A stretch of DNA of 64,000 nt, taken from contig NC_047031.1 in NCBI RefSeq assembly GCF_902652985.1, positions 17,608,001 to 17,672,000 of the forward strand, given 5' to 3'. The notes below the pieces were generated by a model, which was not told where the DNA came from, ran no database searches, and saw nothing but the letters and a program-made list of their open reading frames with translations. Below are positions 13,173 to 27,416 of this stretch, in pieces. A program made the position numbers and the translations under genes. Each line of letters starts with the position of its first letter. The first letter of the stretch is position 1. This DNA comes from Pecten maximus. Taxonomy: Eukaryota.

Positions 13173-14959
13173 AATCCTACCTTATATGATCTCTGCGTAT
13201 TCACTAGGGTTGATATAATTTATATATTAACCCTGTGTTAGGAACTTTAGTCCAGTCTCTCTGTTCTTGGTGTCACAAAGGGAACTCCTATTTTAAGACG
13301 TTATTTCGTTTCTGTAGTACTGTTGGTTCTTGTGAAATAAAAGAGGTTATCATCATTTCGTCTGTTTTATCAACGGTCAGAATTCAGTTAAGCTATGGAT
13401 GGTAAGAAAGGTCAAGATAGATAGACATACAAAATGTAGGGAATATAGGACAGACGAATAAAAGGCAACATAATTACTAGCCAAGGTCAGATCTGGTCAG
13501 TACGGCATTAACGTGACGGTCCGATTGTCTACACGTAGTGGGGAGGACGGGTTTATTACTGGTCAGATAGCAATGTGTCCGGGCTTTAGTGGCCCAAAGA
13601 CGTAAACATGGAATTCAATATCGACAATACAGCTTTACGTATAGCCTGACAACTAGATATTGGACAAGGGACAAATCCCGCAAGATAACGCGAGATACTG
13701 CGAGAACAGTAATCGTTCGTAATATTGAGTGGAAAAAAAGCATATCTCGCGAGATTACGCGAGCACAAAATCATTTCGGTAATTAAAAATAAATGTAGAA
13801 ACCGCCATACAATGTAGCTGTATAGACACTTAAAATGTAGAAGAAATAGTCATCTTGGAACATTTCCATGTAGCAATGAACACATCTCACGAGATAACAT
13901 GACAAAACAAAAATAATTCGCTCAATATAAACACAAAATCCAATATAGATAAATAACATCGTTTAGAAAAAGAAAAAAAATTACAAACAAAAAAACAAAC
14001 AAAAAACCGATGTTGGACAATTGTCAATGGCGACTAAACATATCCCGTGAAATCACGCGAGAACACAAATCACGCACGAGCCAGACGGGAGGATACTGCT
14101 CTCTCATAGCCCCAGTCACATCAATCGATCAGTCGGCATTATTCAGTTTTCTGGAATTTCTCATTCTGGCCTTGGGCTTTATTCTGCTGAATTTTCTAAC
14201 GTTATGGATGTTACATTATAAGACACACTGCCAGAATGCATTAAGCCGAAAACGTAATAATATTGTTTCCTATTTAGATTTTTTTAGCCAAATGCTTGTT
14301 TATTTTCAGATTATAATTAAATTTCATTTCCCAGTCTCATAGTTTATCAACATACAGATGATGGTAGTTTGACGGTTTTTGTCCGTTCCAAGGCCACGAA
14401 GCGCCCCCTGGGGATAGCGAGCGTAACCTGATGCTGTTCAGACGAAGTTTCACTAATGACGTTCCGAGATTTCTGTTCGCTAAGTTATTACAACTTTGCA
14501 TGCGTTATATCTGGGTGAAGGCTGTGCTATCTGGGTGAAGGATAAATACCTTTTATCTCAGTGAAGTCATTTTTTATCCTTAGCATCACTCTATGAGACT
14601 GGCTGTTCCCATGAGATTTTTCGCCGAGTGGGTCGCGTAATGGAAATGCGTATAGATATTCAATCTATTCTGTATTCGCGAGACTTTCATTTTCGCCATG
14701 GTTCAAGCGTAACAAAGCAGGGAATACAAACGATTTATATACTATGTTTTTTTATCATCAATATTTTTTACAGGAAATTTATAATAACAAGTTTTCCCGT
14801 AAAACATAAAACTTTATCGTATTTCTTTTTTTTCCTGGACTCGTAACGAAAAATACCAGTTAGGTACATATACTTCATAACTTTGACATCAATTTTTACC
14901 ATTATTGTTCGAAGGAAATTTGAAATTCTCATTTCACCATAAAAATGGTTCCTCTAAAG

Positions 14960-15172
14960 GAGACGCGGTGGCCGAGTGGTTAAGGTGTCCCGACACTTTA
15001 ACACTAGCCCTCCACCTCTGGGTTGCGAGTTCGAAACCTACGTGAGGCACTGACCGTAAGCCGGTGGTTTTTCTCCGGGTACTCCGACTTTCCTCCACTT
15101 CCAAAACCTGGCAAGTCCTTAAATGACCCTGGCTGTTAATAGGACGTTAAACAAAAAACAAACCAAACAAAC
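14960..15172 (+). mobile_element. tRNA-derived SINE family A, copy 2, with target-site duplication
   Basis: A box TGGCCGAGTGG, B box GAGTTCGAAAC, V-like core; flanked by TCCTCTAAAG at 14950-14959 and 15179-15188; ~11-nt internal deletion relative to the other copies. Confidence 0.92.
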
Positions 15173-16007
15173 AATGTATCCTCTAAAGAATCTTCCGTGA
15201 TTATTTAGGGTTCATTGAAGAGACCAAAATAGATCTTCTTTCCCCTTTGCAATGCTTGGGATCTTAAAAAGACCATTTTTTCCCTCAATGTTCTGTATTT
15301 TTGTGCTTTGTTTTCCTCTATAGATGTCTATTTGACGTCTGTCCTCATATGACCCTGGCTGTTGTGAGGACGTTAAAAAATCGCTTTTAAAATACAATAA
15401 AAGTGCGGAGATGGATCAATCATCGAGATAAACGAATCCGTAATTTGACGTAATATTAAAAAATAAAATAAAAAAAATACCCCTATTATTACAATTGAAA
15501 AATTCAAGGCCAAATCTCTTTCCATCTCGATCAAAGATTTAAGTCGTTACTTTGGCAGTCTGTGTCTGTAATTGGATAATTGTCCAAACGGGAACGCTCT
15601 GGTGCTCGAGAAAATTGACACGCGACAATCCAATTGTGCTTGGAATTCTGCACGAGATGGTGTTCCCGCGAGATTTCCGTGACGGCGGCGTTATGTGTTG
15701 TTACAGCCTATCAGGGATATTTTAATGATGCGGAGTGGTGTTTTTTCCCGCGTTAACGAGACAGGACCAGCGGTTTGGCTCAGTATTTTATTGGGATGAC
15801 AGAGATTTGTGTAATGAATTGTCGGTCGTTTACAAGTCCACAGCGAACTGAGGAGACATTCAGTATACCGGTTTACGTCAAAGTTGTGTGTACACATTAT
15901 AAAACTGTATCAGTTATGGAGACAAAAACTGTTGGTTTTTATCATTGATGGCAATATAAGGAATTTTAAATCTCCTGCACGTAATTGAAGCTATTATACT
16001 ATTTCTT

Positions 16008-16150
16008 CGTATCCGTATCCGTATCCGTGTCAGTATCCTAATCCGAAACTGTATCCGTATCCGAATCCGTATCCGTATCGGTATCCTAATCCTAATCTGT
16101 ATCCGTATCCGTATCCGTATCCGTATTCCATACGCATGTCATGTCCGTGT
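16008..16150. repeat. (GTATCC)n hexanucleotide microsatellite
   Basis: Direct reading. Confidence 0.92.
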
Positions 16151-17954
16151 CCGGAAAATTTGCCGATCCTAATTTTAATTTATCTATATCAAAATCTATA
16201 TGATTTGACTGTGGGGTTCAGGATGGTTGTGACGTATATGTCTCTTAACGTTGTTTTCTGACGTATTGTCATTTAAGGATTGAATAATGTTATGTTGAGG
16301 TGTATGGGGGTATAAACCTCAATAGGTCTTGAGACAAATTTTATGAACTGCGAAGTTGCTATTTTGTACAATATTTTGTCTTTGAGAAATAGGGACTTGT
16401 GCAAGTCTACCACGGAAATATGCGTCATCACTCTTCGTCTACATATGGTTAATACTTTCAGGATTTCTTTCCTGAACAAACTTAATAGCAATTAAAACAA
16501 AAATTAGTTTTAAAGGAATTTATTTCATATAAATACGATCACTTTTGAAAAGGAATTAAAAAAATATAGTCCAAGCTCGACAAATGTATTCCTACGCCGG
16601 ACTTGATATAGTTCATTGAAAAATGACTCTCGAGTTAACTGTTGTAGGTTCATTGAGTCTCAATTGAGTGGAAATATAAATATTAGTTAATTAATTAAGT
16701 TTAGTTTGGGTACGTGTGTGTTCTAACACTAACACTGCGGTTTCAACTTTTTATGTATCACTTTAAAATTGCTTGAACTAAAAATAAATTGTTCAACTGT
16801 TTACACTTTATTATTTTGCCCAGATAAAGTGATCTGGCAATGATAATGATATATTGATAAATTTATTACATTATGAAAATTTGTCACATGTTGTTGGTTT
16901 TGACTAAGTTGTCTTAGGACTTCCTACCATATCTGATGGCGTTTTAATGGGGTTCCTTCCGGTAATTGTGACGTCAATTTGGAGACATTTTTTCTAGTTT
17001 TGAGATATTCTGTTTTCGACGTTGAAATAATCAATTACATATTACTGAACTATGTCCGCTTGTTCTATAGCGGACGATATACATCCACTCACTAAACATC
17101 CTTTTGTTCTTTACGCAACATCAATTGAAGTGACCGCACTGCCCTCTGGGAGAGATTAGCCCAAATCCTTGTATTTCGCAATTACCCTGGTACTTCCGGT
17201 TTAGAGGTGATCGCACTGCCCTCTAGGAGAGACTGACACACATCCTTGTACTTTGGAGGTGACCGTACTTCATTCTGATAGTGATTGGATTTAAATGTCA
17301 ACATGTTTACAATAAGTGTTTATTACCAGTGATGTATTGTCTTAATCTATATCAGATTTCAAAATCAACAAATATAGGGACATAAAATGACTGATCAAAA
17401 TTAATATTTGAAATAAGAAGAACGCAAATAGTTTATTGATATTATTCTCGAGAACTGACAAGATTTTTTTCTCGGGAACACAATTTACAATAACACAACA
17501 CCATAGGAATATAATTATGATGTTCTTTTCGTAACTTATCACTGTCACTCACAGATTTCACACGAAGTCATTTTTGGACGTTCGTTCAATAGTGTTTTCG
17601 CTTCAGACATTTTTTTTTTTTGAATTAAAAAAAAACCCAACATAATCTCTCAAAAATAAATCTCGCGAGAATAACTTGATATGCCGTTATATATCAACAG
17701 CAACAGGTGAAATGAATCCGTTGACTGAATGATTGATTTATTGTTTAAATCTTAGGATAGAAATTACGAGATTGCGCGTGCTTCGCTTTGTGATAAACGT
17801 GTGCTTATCGGCTGGTGATTGCATTTCAAACAATATCGGTCTCGTGCAAGCACGTGAAGATAGCTCGTGAGATATGTGTGTTTTTCCAAACAGAATATTA
17901 ACGAGATGTAGAGGTGAATGTGTTCGTGAGTCAGGAGAGTGACCTTGATCGGTT

Positions 17955-18600
17955 CGACACGTTCTACGGAAGCCGAGAACGTTAACGACATTTCCACTTA
18001 GGATGTAGTTTACTTAGATAGGTACAGACATTGTAAGTTAATTACATACACCTCAACACTTTCTACGGAAGCCGAGAATGCTAATAACATTTCTACTTAA
18101 GGGTGTATGCTACCTTCAGGGATACATATACTGTAAGTGAATTACAGACATTTCATGACTTTCTACGGAAGCCGAGAACGTTAATGGCATTTCCACTTAG
18201 GATGTAGTTTACTTAGATAGGTACAGATATTGTAAGCTAATTACAGACGCCTCAACACTTTCTACGGAAGCCGAGAATGCTAATAACATTTCTACTTAAG
18301 GGTGTATGCTACCTTCAGGGATACATATACTGTAAGTGAATTACAGACATTTCATGACTTTCTACGGAAGCCGAGAATGCTAATGGCATTTCTTCTTAAG
18401 GGTGTATGCTACCTTGAGAGGTACAGGTAAATTAAGAGGATAAAAGACACCTCAACACTTTCTACAAAATTTGAGAATGTTAATAACATTTCAACTTTAC
18501 TCTGAATGTTACTCTGAGTCAGGGGTGCGACTTTGGTCTTTTACAGACACCTCAACACTTTCTACGGAAGCCAACAATGACGATGGCATTTCAACCTAGA
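17955..18600. repeat. ~100-bp tandem repeat with 199-bp higher-order dimer
   Basis: TTCTACGGAAGCC anchor at 17962, 18061, 18161, 18260, 18360, (18460 variant), 18560; units 1/3 and 2/4 nearly identical. Confidence 0.92.
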
Positions 18601-21600
18601 ACCGTGGTGTTGAATTATGTGTATGCTACTTTGAAAAGTACATAGAAGTTGTCTCCCCCTTTAGTGTAATCATGACTGGTTACAGACACATCATCGGACG
18701 GAAGCCGGGGCGACAAAGGTAATGTTTAACTTGGAATATTGATGTAAGAATTTAGAATTAGTTTATTTAAGGGTATATCATAGCTTTATTGGTACTAAGT
18801 GTTCTAGTCAGCAATGAGGTGGAAGTTTTTTTTTAAACAATTATAGACACCTCATCACTTTATACAAAATCCATTTACGATAATGACACTTGAGCATGCC
18901 ATTTTTTGGTGCAACGCTCTTAGAATGTTTCATTTAAGGGTGTATGCCACATTACACAAATATATCATTAAGGATATGGTAAGGTTAATGTCTGAGTTTA
19001 TCACAGACAATCTGCCGTAAATTATTCACGACCGTCTAGAATTCGTCAGGAAGTGATAGTAATACCAAATTAATATCGATTTATTCAATATTTCACCAAC
19101 AGCCCTGTCAAACGAGCGACATCTAGCGGTAAAAAAATAAACCATTTTGAGAAAATATTAACATACATCATTTCCTTGTTGTGTTATTCCTTTTCGCTCA
19201 TTATCGACTAGATTGGCACCGTCTCTAGAATTTCATTTTTTTTTAAAGTCAGCTTTATAAATTTTGTGTCTAGGATATCTCTGATTTTAAATTCAAAACA
19301 GGGGGAGATAATCTAGTACTAGAACTCAGTTGGGCAATTCTTAACAAAAACTTAAGGGGCTGTTGGCAAGTCTCAATAACTGTATCATATTTAAAACAAA
19401 ATGTTTTTGCTAACCCCCATATAAGACTTACATACATGCACTTATACATATATAAATATATATAATTATGGACACGTGGTCACGTGATTGGCCCTTATTG
19501 ACTCAATTGCCGATGGGCAATACGACAATAATAATGACAGAAGAAAGCAAAAACATTGTCGTCGGTGTAAACTCGAACCCACTCTCCTACGCCTCCACAT
19601 TTTACACGACTTATTCAGAGACGCCGTGACCTTGGGGCGTGACCTAGAAACAGAGCCCAGGAAATGAATGGTTACACCGCCGTTGGAGCAATCTCCTCTA
19701 TTTGACGTAGCTCGCGGCAGGCTATTTTCAGACACTTCTTACGTTTGTATGTTGCGTTTTTTTAGTCTTAGCTTCCGTATCTAATACCATGATAAGTGTT
19801 TTAAAGGATAAAACTCGGTGAGATTATCACCTCCGCCCACTCCCCTGCTGTGTTCCCCCTCAGTCTCTCTCTGTGTCCTCATTCGACATAGTAACCTCGT
19901 ATCCAGCAGGGTCGATGGCCAAGATAAGCGCCAAGGTCATACCTAAAATCCGAGAGGGGAGTGCCCGGTCACCTTGAGTATATGTCAATGAAAAAAACTA
20001 TCCAGAATATAAAAAAGGCAAGAGATTTATTAGGTTGCCTCTTGTTTATGAATATTTGGAGATAATTTGAAAATTTGAATTTAAACTATAGATTTTCAAT
20101 TGGATACATTTTCAAGCAATTGTTGAACCACAATTAAGTTGTATATTCTTCGACTATTTCGGTATAGACGTCGAAGTTGTTTGGAAGGAGCGAGCGATCT
20201 GATACCGAATAGCAGACACCAAAATCAATATCTCCTCGATGTATTTTTGTCATTCAAAATATTCACTTAATTATAGAATATTCCGCATTGAAGAAAATGT
20301 GCTTTTGTTTTTTTCTTGCTTTAACCGTTCCTTATGGACCCAGTATATAAGCAAGCGTGTTCTGGAGGGTGTAGACAATGAAGGTTTTAGAGGAGGGGGT
20401 TAGTGTGGAGTCGGGACGGGCTATGGCGGAGAGAATTAATCCCGTTGATGAATTGTATGCTGCCAAAACTACTCCAATTGATCGACTTCACAAGGCCGAC
20501 TGTTGTCACAGACCGAGGGCACAGTGCAGTTAGGCTCCCTATAGCCATCACTGCTAGGGATAGAGGCAGCACTCTATGTGATACAGCGTGGTAACGGGCG
20601 TCCCATTTAGTTTAAACTTTATTTTATTTCATCTTGTTCAGACATAATTGTTTCTAACAAAGACAATGGGACATAGAAACACGTGTCACAGACATACACT
20701 CTTTATTGTTCCGGATTTGCGTCATCATATCAATCGAAACTCCTCAACTTTAATCCAAACAATACCTTGAATGATAAACGTAATAGGCGTAGGGTACGTA
20801 AAGACTTCCAAGATTTTATTACCGGAAAACGATTTACTCCCTTAATCCGCGGAGGAAAATAAACGTTTATTGTCGTCTTTCAAAATCCGTTAGCAATGAT
20901 CAGTCTGGGAGTTTATGGTAAACCATAACCTTTCAAAAAGTATGGCTAACCATCACTTTTACCAGATGATGTCGTCCAACAACTAAATGTACATCTCCGA
21001 ATAACGTCCGCGGTCATGTGAGGTGGGACAGCCGGTGAATTCTTAATTATCCCCAAAGTAGTCGAGTGATTTAAAAAAATCTTAAAGCCGCATACTCCCA
21101 AAGAAATACATCTATATGTTTACATTTTGACCTCTTCAGATTTAACATATTATGTATATCTAACAAATTATCGCGAATCAAATACTGGAAGAAAAAGTGT
21201 ATTTATCAAAGTATGCGAGAAATTCCCTAAAATAGTAACTGTGTCCGACGGACCAAGTTTCTATGCAAATTAGTCCCACCATTCCGCACAAAAAGGCGGA
21301 ACGCCGAAAGCATGGTCCTGCCAAACGTAGACATATTCTGCCAAAATGAAACGTAAAGGGTACTGAAATCGGCAAAATATATCTTAAATTAAGAATTTAG
21401 TTATTGTTTGTTTATATTGATCAGTTGTCATGATAGTATCTTACTAATCTGTTCATTAAGCATTATTAGGCAGGTTCATGTATACGCGATATGTAAACTA
21501 CACCAATCCGTGACGAATCTCGCGATAAAAAGCAACGTGGCGAGGTATTTTGATACACCGCTCATCTTTGATTGCCATTAATACATATGTGCAACTAGAA

Positions 21601-23786
21601 ATTTCAGGTTATTTGGGAGTATGCGACATAAAATCACAAGACAATTAAGTTGAGAAATGTTAATATCTCAAATCCTTGTGTAGTATGACATTTATCCTGT
21701 ACTATTCCTGTCAACTACCCCCGTGATACATAATGTACATGTGTATTAATGACTTCCGGTGACCTGGTTCTTTTATCAAGAACATGACATGCTAAAGAAT
21801 TTACCTAGATTTACATGGTGAGTGGTAATCATGATGCGGAAGCCGGAAAAACAAGAGGTGTTATTCTAGCTGTTGTTTTTCGGGACCTTCCGTTCAAATG
21901 ACAATTGCAGAGAAATGAAATGATTTTAAGTAGCCGTTAGCACGTTGTGACTTTCAGATATTGATTTACTTTCTTTTATTTCAACTAATGTTTAGGAGAA
22001 CGCGACCAAGGCTTGCATGTTGATAAAATCACGAAATCGTGCCAGGAAACCCGAAATTGAAATATACATGTGTATGGAAAATAAGCACTCGGTCTGATGA
22101 AATATTTAGTACATGATGCTGTAGATTATTAATGTTGAATATACATGATGGAGACCGATTTTTTTTAACGCAGGGATTTTATAAAATCTATTTTGTTCCA
22201 CTCTTTATCGGTTTTTATTGAGACGTATACTGTAAATGTAGGTGTTTTCAACTTTTCTTTTTTCTTTTTTTATCAGCAGTATTAAGTAAGCCTGACTCAG
22301 ACATTAAGCGACTATAACTATTGATTTCTTACTCATTAAAGCTATTAACTGTAGATTTTATACTCATTGCTCTGTTGATTTTCGTAATTAAGGGAAATTC
22401 TTAATTGTACATTTTGAAATCATTACAACTGAAAGCGATTTGGTTTGTTACAGTCGGTTTAACCAGATATATTTGGCACAATACAAACAGGGGTTTACAT
22501 TACCCGATAATTTTTTTTTCAAAATTTTGCTTTAATACTCGATATTAGTCCTAATGACTTCAAAGTTTTACAATGCGAACAGAAATCAGAAAACAGCAAA
22601 TGTTGCTGCTGAAACGCCCTATTACTTGTAATGAAGTATCATAAATACTTGTCACGTCTTGGCTTAAAGCAATAATGGTCGGACTAGTTTTTTTAAAATA
22701 ATGATTTAGCTTTCACACACAAAAAAATGCGCAAACGATATTTCTACCACTATAAGTGGATGGTACTCAACTCCACAGGCATGGAACAATCATTACAACT
22801 GTTGAATAACAAACTCTTTACGCGTTTTCATTGGTTGCCACAGTGACCTTTGACCTGGACTACTTTCTTAATCACGTGGTCCAATGTTTTTTTTTTTTTT
22901 TATTGGCTTACTCATGAAGGTCGCTTCATTGATTGGCGTGAAAATGATGACAAACAAAGAATAGTTTGCAACCTTTTTTGTGATAAATCTTTTTTTATCT
23001 AGATTTTTATATTAAAAAAACCTAAAATATAATAAACTTGCTAATTTATTATGATTAACAATGCATTATGATATATGCACAAACCTCCGAAATGGTCAAT
23101 TTTGCATATTAATTACCGGTTTTTCACTTTAGGTCATACTTTTTGTACACCCCACTTGATATTGTGAAAACACACGTTGACACAAAACAAATTAATTCAT
23201 CCACAGAATAGATGTTCTATTGAGGTAGAAACAGGTCACAATATCTCATGGTTTTTGCATGTGATATGTATTTCCCTCTCGTTAGTTATTTTTTCCAAAG
23301 TTACAAAATAACACTCACTGAAGCTCGTGGTTTTTTTTTGTTTTGTTTTTTAACTTTAAAAAATAACTACCGAGAGTGAACTAAATACCATATACAACGA
23401 CCGCTCATTGTGTAACTTCAACTTATACAAATATTATTGCATGAAAGCGTACCTAAAATAATGTCTTTTTTCATGCATGTACATTTCATCAAAAACATTT
23501 TACAATCATAAAATTGTATTTAATGGGAGACAAACTGCTCAAACATTTCTACAGAGACTATAAATGCTGCTAGAATTTTTTATCATTTCCTTTTTTCTTC
23601 TGATTTCCTTTGAAAACAACCCTTAATTTCACATGATAAACACAAACAGAAATAAATAATAGACTTGAAAATGAAACACCAGATCTCCTTAAACATTATT
23701 GAAACAAGGTTCTTTTAAAATATTCTGTGAGTGAATCAATCAATACCTAAATATAAAATTAATATTAGGTTTTGAAGAAAAAAAAG

Positions 23787-23806
23787 CAACAACAACAACA
23801 ACAAAT

Positions 23807-23837
<31 letters not shown>

Positions 23838-23860
23838 ATACAACAAAACAAAACAAAAAA
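23787..23860. repeat. (CAA)n microsatellite
   Basis: Direct reading. Confidence 0.9.
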
Positions 23861-23903
23861 AACGTAAGAACAGGAACAACCTTCAGCAAATTTTGAGTTT
23901 ATA

Positions 23904-24202
23904 TACTTCAAATCACTTAAACGTCGCGTGGGGTTTATATTCACGTTAATACACTAAAAGAGTCAATCTCGAATTCAATTTCTCCATGATTATTTTTCTA
24001 CGACAATAACACCTTTGGATGGCGACCAAGCTATCTGTTACCGATATAGAAGTCTTGGAGAGTCCATGGCTCTATTAGCTCATCATTTGTGAATTAAAAA
24101 TCATTTCTAGATCAGCTTTCGCGAAATCATGTATTCGCGAATATGTCTGAAGAGATAAGTTTGCAAAATAAAGTATTTGCGAAATCTTAGTGATTTATAG
24201 TA
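23904..24202 (+). mobile_element. ~300-bp MITE-like element (TA-flanked), copy 1; strand label is relative to copy 2
   Basis: Reverse complement of 25299-25586 along its length (e.g. TTTCTAGATCAGC / GCTGATCTAGAAA; AAGTTTGCAAAATAAAG / CTTTATTTTGCAAACTT). Confidence 0.75.
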
Positions 24203-25298
24203 TTTTTTTCTTCAACTTACGGCTTCAAAACATTATCGTATAAAATCTGAAAAAAAATCATTTCATATCTCGCCAAGAGAAGTATGAATGGACGTTTACG
24301 TTATATATGCATACAGCTGCTACCATTGACCATATTATGTTATTGATGTACAAAGCGTCTTCACAAGTATCAGTACATATTCAATACTTAAGGCAAATTG
24401 ACATCTTGAAAATATTTATTACATTGAGCATTGCAACTGCTTTATCATAAAGGGCAATAAAATTATTGTGTTTGCTCCTTTTAAACATTACAGTTACGAC
24501 TGCGACTGCAATAATGGTTGAACCAATTATCAACAAATTGAGTTACTGCAATGTCTTATTACCATGTTCCTCTTTGTGGTTCTCAACATCTGTCTGATGT
24601 GGAAAAGAGAAATAATTTTATATTTGGTGCAAACTATTATTGATCATATCAAACGACTTAAAAAAGTATTTACAAGGATAAACAGAAAAACAGACATGAA
24701 AGAAAACCGTAATTCTAATTACACATTGAGAAAACGAGAGTGAAATAGAAACAAATATATAAAATATAGAACTGTTTGGTGACCCTTGATTTTCACAATG
24801 ATCCGACTCTCACATCAAGCTGTAATTACATGGCTAGCATGTAACCAATATGCCGTTTTTATTCCACTATATATGACTCATTACTTCAGTAGCAAGACTT
24901 ACTGTAATAGATATACAAATAGGTAAGACTTTCAACATGTATCTGTACTTATGAGACCCTTAGGTTTGAAGCTGCGAGTTGAATGCAATACATTTTAGTC
25001 TGTCGCTGTCTTCCTTACGTTTTCGGGCTTCCTTTCTTTACTCCTTATTATACCAGTTTATAATTAACTTGTTGTAGATTAATTTGTTAGTTTCATGCCA
25101 AATTTAACCAGGAACATTTTTGGAGAAAGCAATTATAAGTTGAGATAAGTGTTTTTTATGATGAATGAAACATGTTTTAACCGAGTGGTTACATTAAACG
25201 ATTGGTTAGTCTTCTTTAGGACACAATGACAAGTGACCCACTTCTAAGCACAACAACAACACCAGCGGAATCCTCCCATGCAAATGAAATTCAAACTC

Positions 25299-25586
25299 TA
25301 CTCTAAACCATTTAGAGTTCACAAATGCTTTATTTTGCAAACTTACCTCTTTAGACATGTTTGCGAATATATGATTTCGTGAATGCTGATCTAGAAATTA
25401 CTTTAAATTCACAAATGATTAGCTGTAAGAGTCATGTATTATACAAGACTACTGTATTGATAACCGATAGCTTGCAATTCAAAAAGGCATAAAAACGTGT
25501 TCATTTTGAATTTGAATTTGAGATTAACTCTCCTCGCGTGTTAACGCGAAAATATATCCCACGCGAAATATAAGTGATTAAAAGTA
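25299..25586 (-). mobile_element. ~290-bp MITE-like element, inverted copy 2
   Basis: Inverted homology to 23904-24202. Confidence 0.75.
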
Positions 25587-27295
25587 ACTCAAAATCTAAA
25601 AGAGAGGGAAACTTAGCATCCAATGAAGATTTACATGGACAGAGAGAATCATACTAGGTTTGTCGGAGGGACAAGAGCAAATGCTTCACCTCCAAATCTA
25701 AAACACCACAACAGCATGTTTTAAAACTTTCTTCCTCGAATCGTATCATATCTCTCCAACACCTTTCATATCCTTCATATCCTAAATAGCAGACCAGTGA
25801 ATTTATCCTATTCGAGCAGTAGTCTCCATCATGAATAACATTTTCTTAATTTCCATACTCCCTCTCCGCATCTGCTCCCGGTTTCATATACGTTCCTTAA
25901 TTCAACATTTTCACCCCTCCTGACCGTATTGGACTTCAAATGATGACTGAATGGCTGAGCCCACTAACATTCCTAAGGGTTGAAAGGGTTAAGGACAACT
26001 CCTAACTTAATTATTTTTTTCATCTTACAAAATTTCTCATAAGAAATTAGGAATAAATCTAATGAAACAAATTTAAAGAACTTTCCATCAATTATGTTAT
26101 GTTCTTTTTACAATAAAAAATGTTACGCTAGGAATATGGATGACATTTGGACTAGATTACCCTGCTTTTACATCACGCAGTCTTAGGTAAATCACATTCT
26201 ATTCATAATAGCCCATCCAAAGTCTCGACTGAACAACATTTCCTGAGAGAATGGAATAATGAAATGTCAACTAATGTCAGCTTTTGTAAAAATTATCCCC
26301 ATTATTCTTCATTAATTGTAAATGAAGGAGCCTAGCACATTCTCGCCTTCTTTACATCACATTTCTACCATTCCTAAACTCACATTTCCGAAAACAATGT
26401 TACTATATTTAGATTATAATGTTATCTTGGGTAAATACTTATTTGTTTTATAATGCTATTTGGAAATAGCTGCAATCAGTTGGAAAAGTTGTGCTCGATC
26501 CCCGTTGTATATCTAAGACACAATAACATGTTTGAATAATTAAAACATCATTCTAATCAACATCTTCGTGTAACTCTGTACCTTTAGTCTTTCACATTCT
26601 CCTCATTTCCAATCTTAGCCACGCTTAATACTTCCTCGGTCTCACACAGTGAAGCTACAGGCGGTTGTTTCTATCCATTTATCGAGGTATAAATAACCCG
26701 AGGTCGTCTGACTTTCCTTGTATTTGACCTTGTGTCAAGGTCGATCCTCCTTGGTATGCGGAGAATCACACGAGGTCTGGGAGATCGATTAGTATATCGG
26801 TAACACAGCGCAAAAACAAGTTTCAGTGGTCGGAAGGCTGACACGAATATCATCATAAATCAAGGGGTTATTCCCGATATACTGCCTTCTATTACCAAAA
26901 CAGGGGAGACCGAGAGAGAAAAAACAGTTGGAAATGAAAATTCTACTTGCAGTTTTTGATATTGTTTTCAAATTATTGTCAGCTTTGTTTGATTTCACAC
27001 ACTCGAAAGCCAAATGCTGTTTAGAAATTTAATTTCACGGGGTAATATTTTGCAATTGTTCCCGTTAGACCTAATTTAAGGGCATTAGATTTCGCACAAC
27101 CTGGTCAAAACATTATTCACTTGACACTTCATTTGATTTAAACATATTTTATTTGTAATTTACAATTTGTTACAAAGGGATTGGGCACAAGTTTTCCAAC
27201 TTATATTAAGCCCTCTCCCGATACAATTTTACATTGAGAGAAAATTCACATGATGGCAGTTTTATTTACATAGTTACAATCTAATTTCATAAGAA

Positions 27296-27416
27296 ATAGA
27301 GAGAAAGAGAGAGAGAGAGAGAGACAGAAGGGGAGGGAGACGGAGAGAGTGGCGGAGAGAAAGGGGAAGAGAGTGGAAGTTGGAGGGGGGAAAGAAGAGA
27401 GAGAGACAGAAAGAGA
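27296..27416. repeat. (GA)n-rich polypurine tract
   Basis: Direct reading. Confidence 0.88.

Noticed and set aside
14960-15045. tRNA gene (also at 3345-3425 and 38453-38540)
   Set aside because: A and B boxes are present but continue into a shared SINE body and tail with no clean cloverleaf; these are SINE heads.
17955-18600. CRISPR-like repeat/spacer appearance
   Set aside because: The intervening segments are homologous to each other, the context is eukaryotic, and there are no cas genes.
19466-20594. GC-richer short ORFs
   Set aside because: No recognisable domain or consistent exon chain; more likely regulatory or non-coding.
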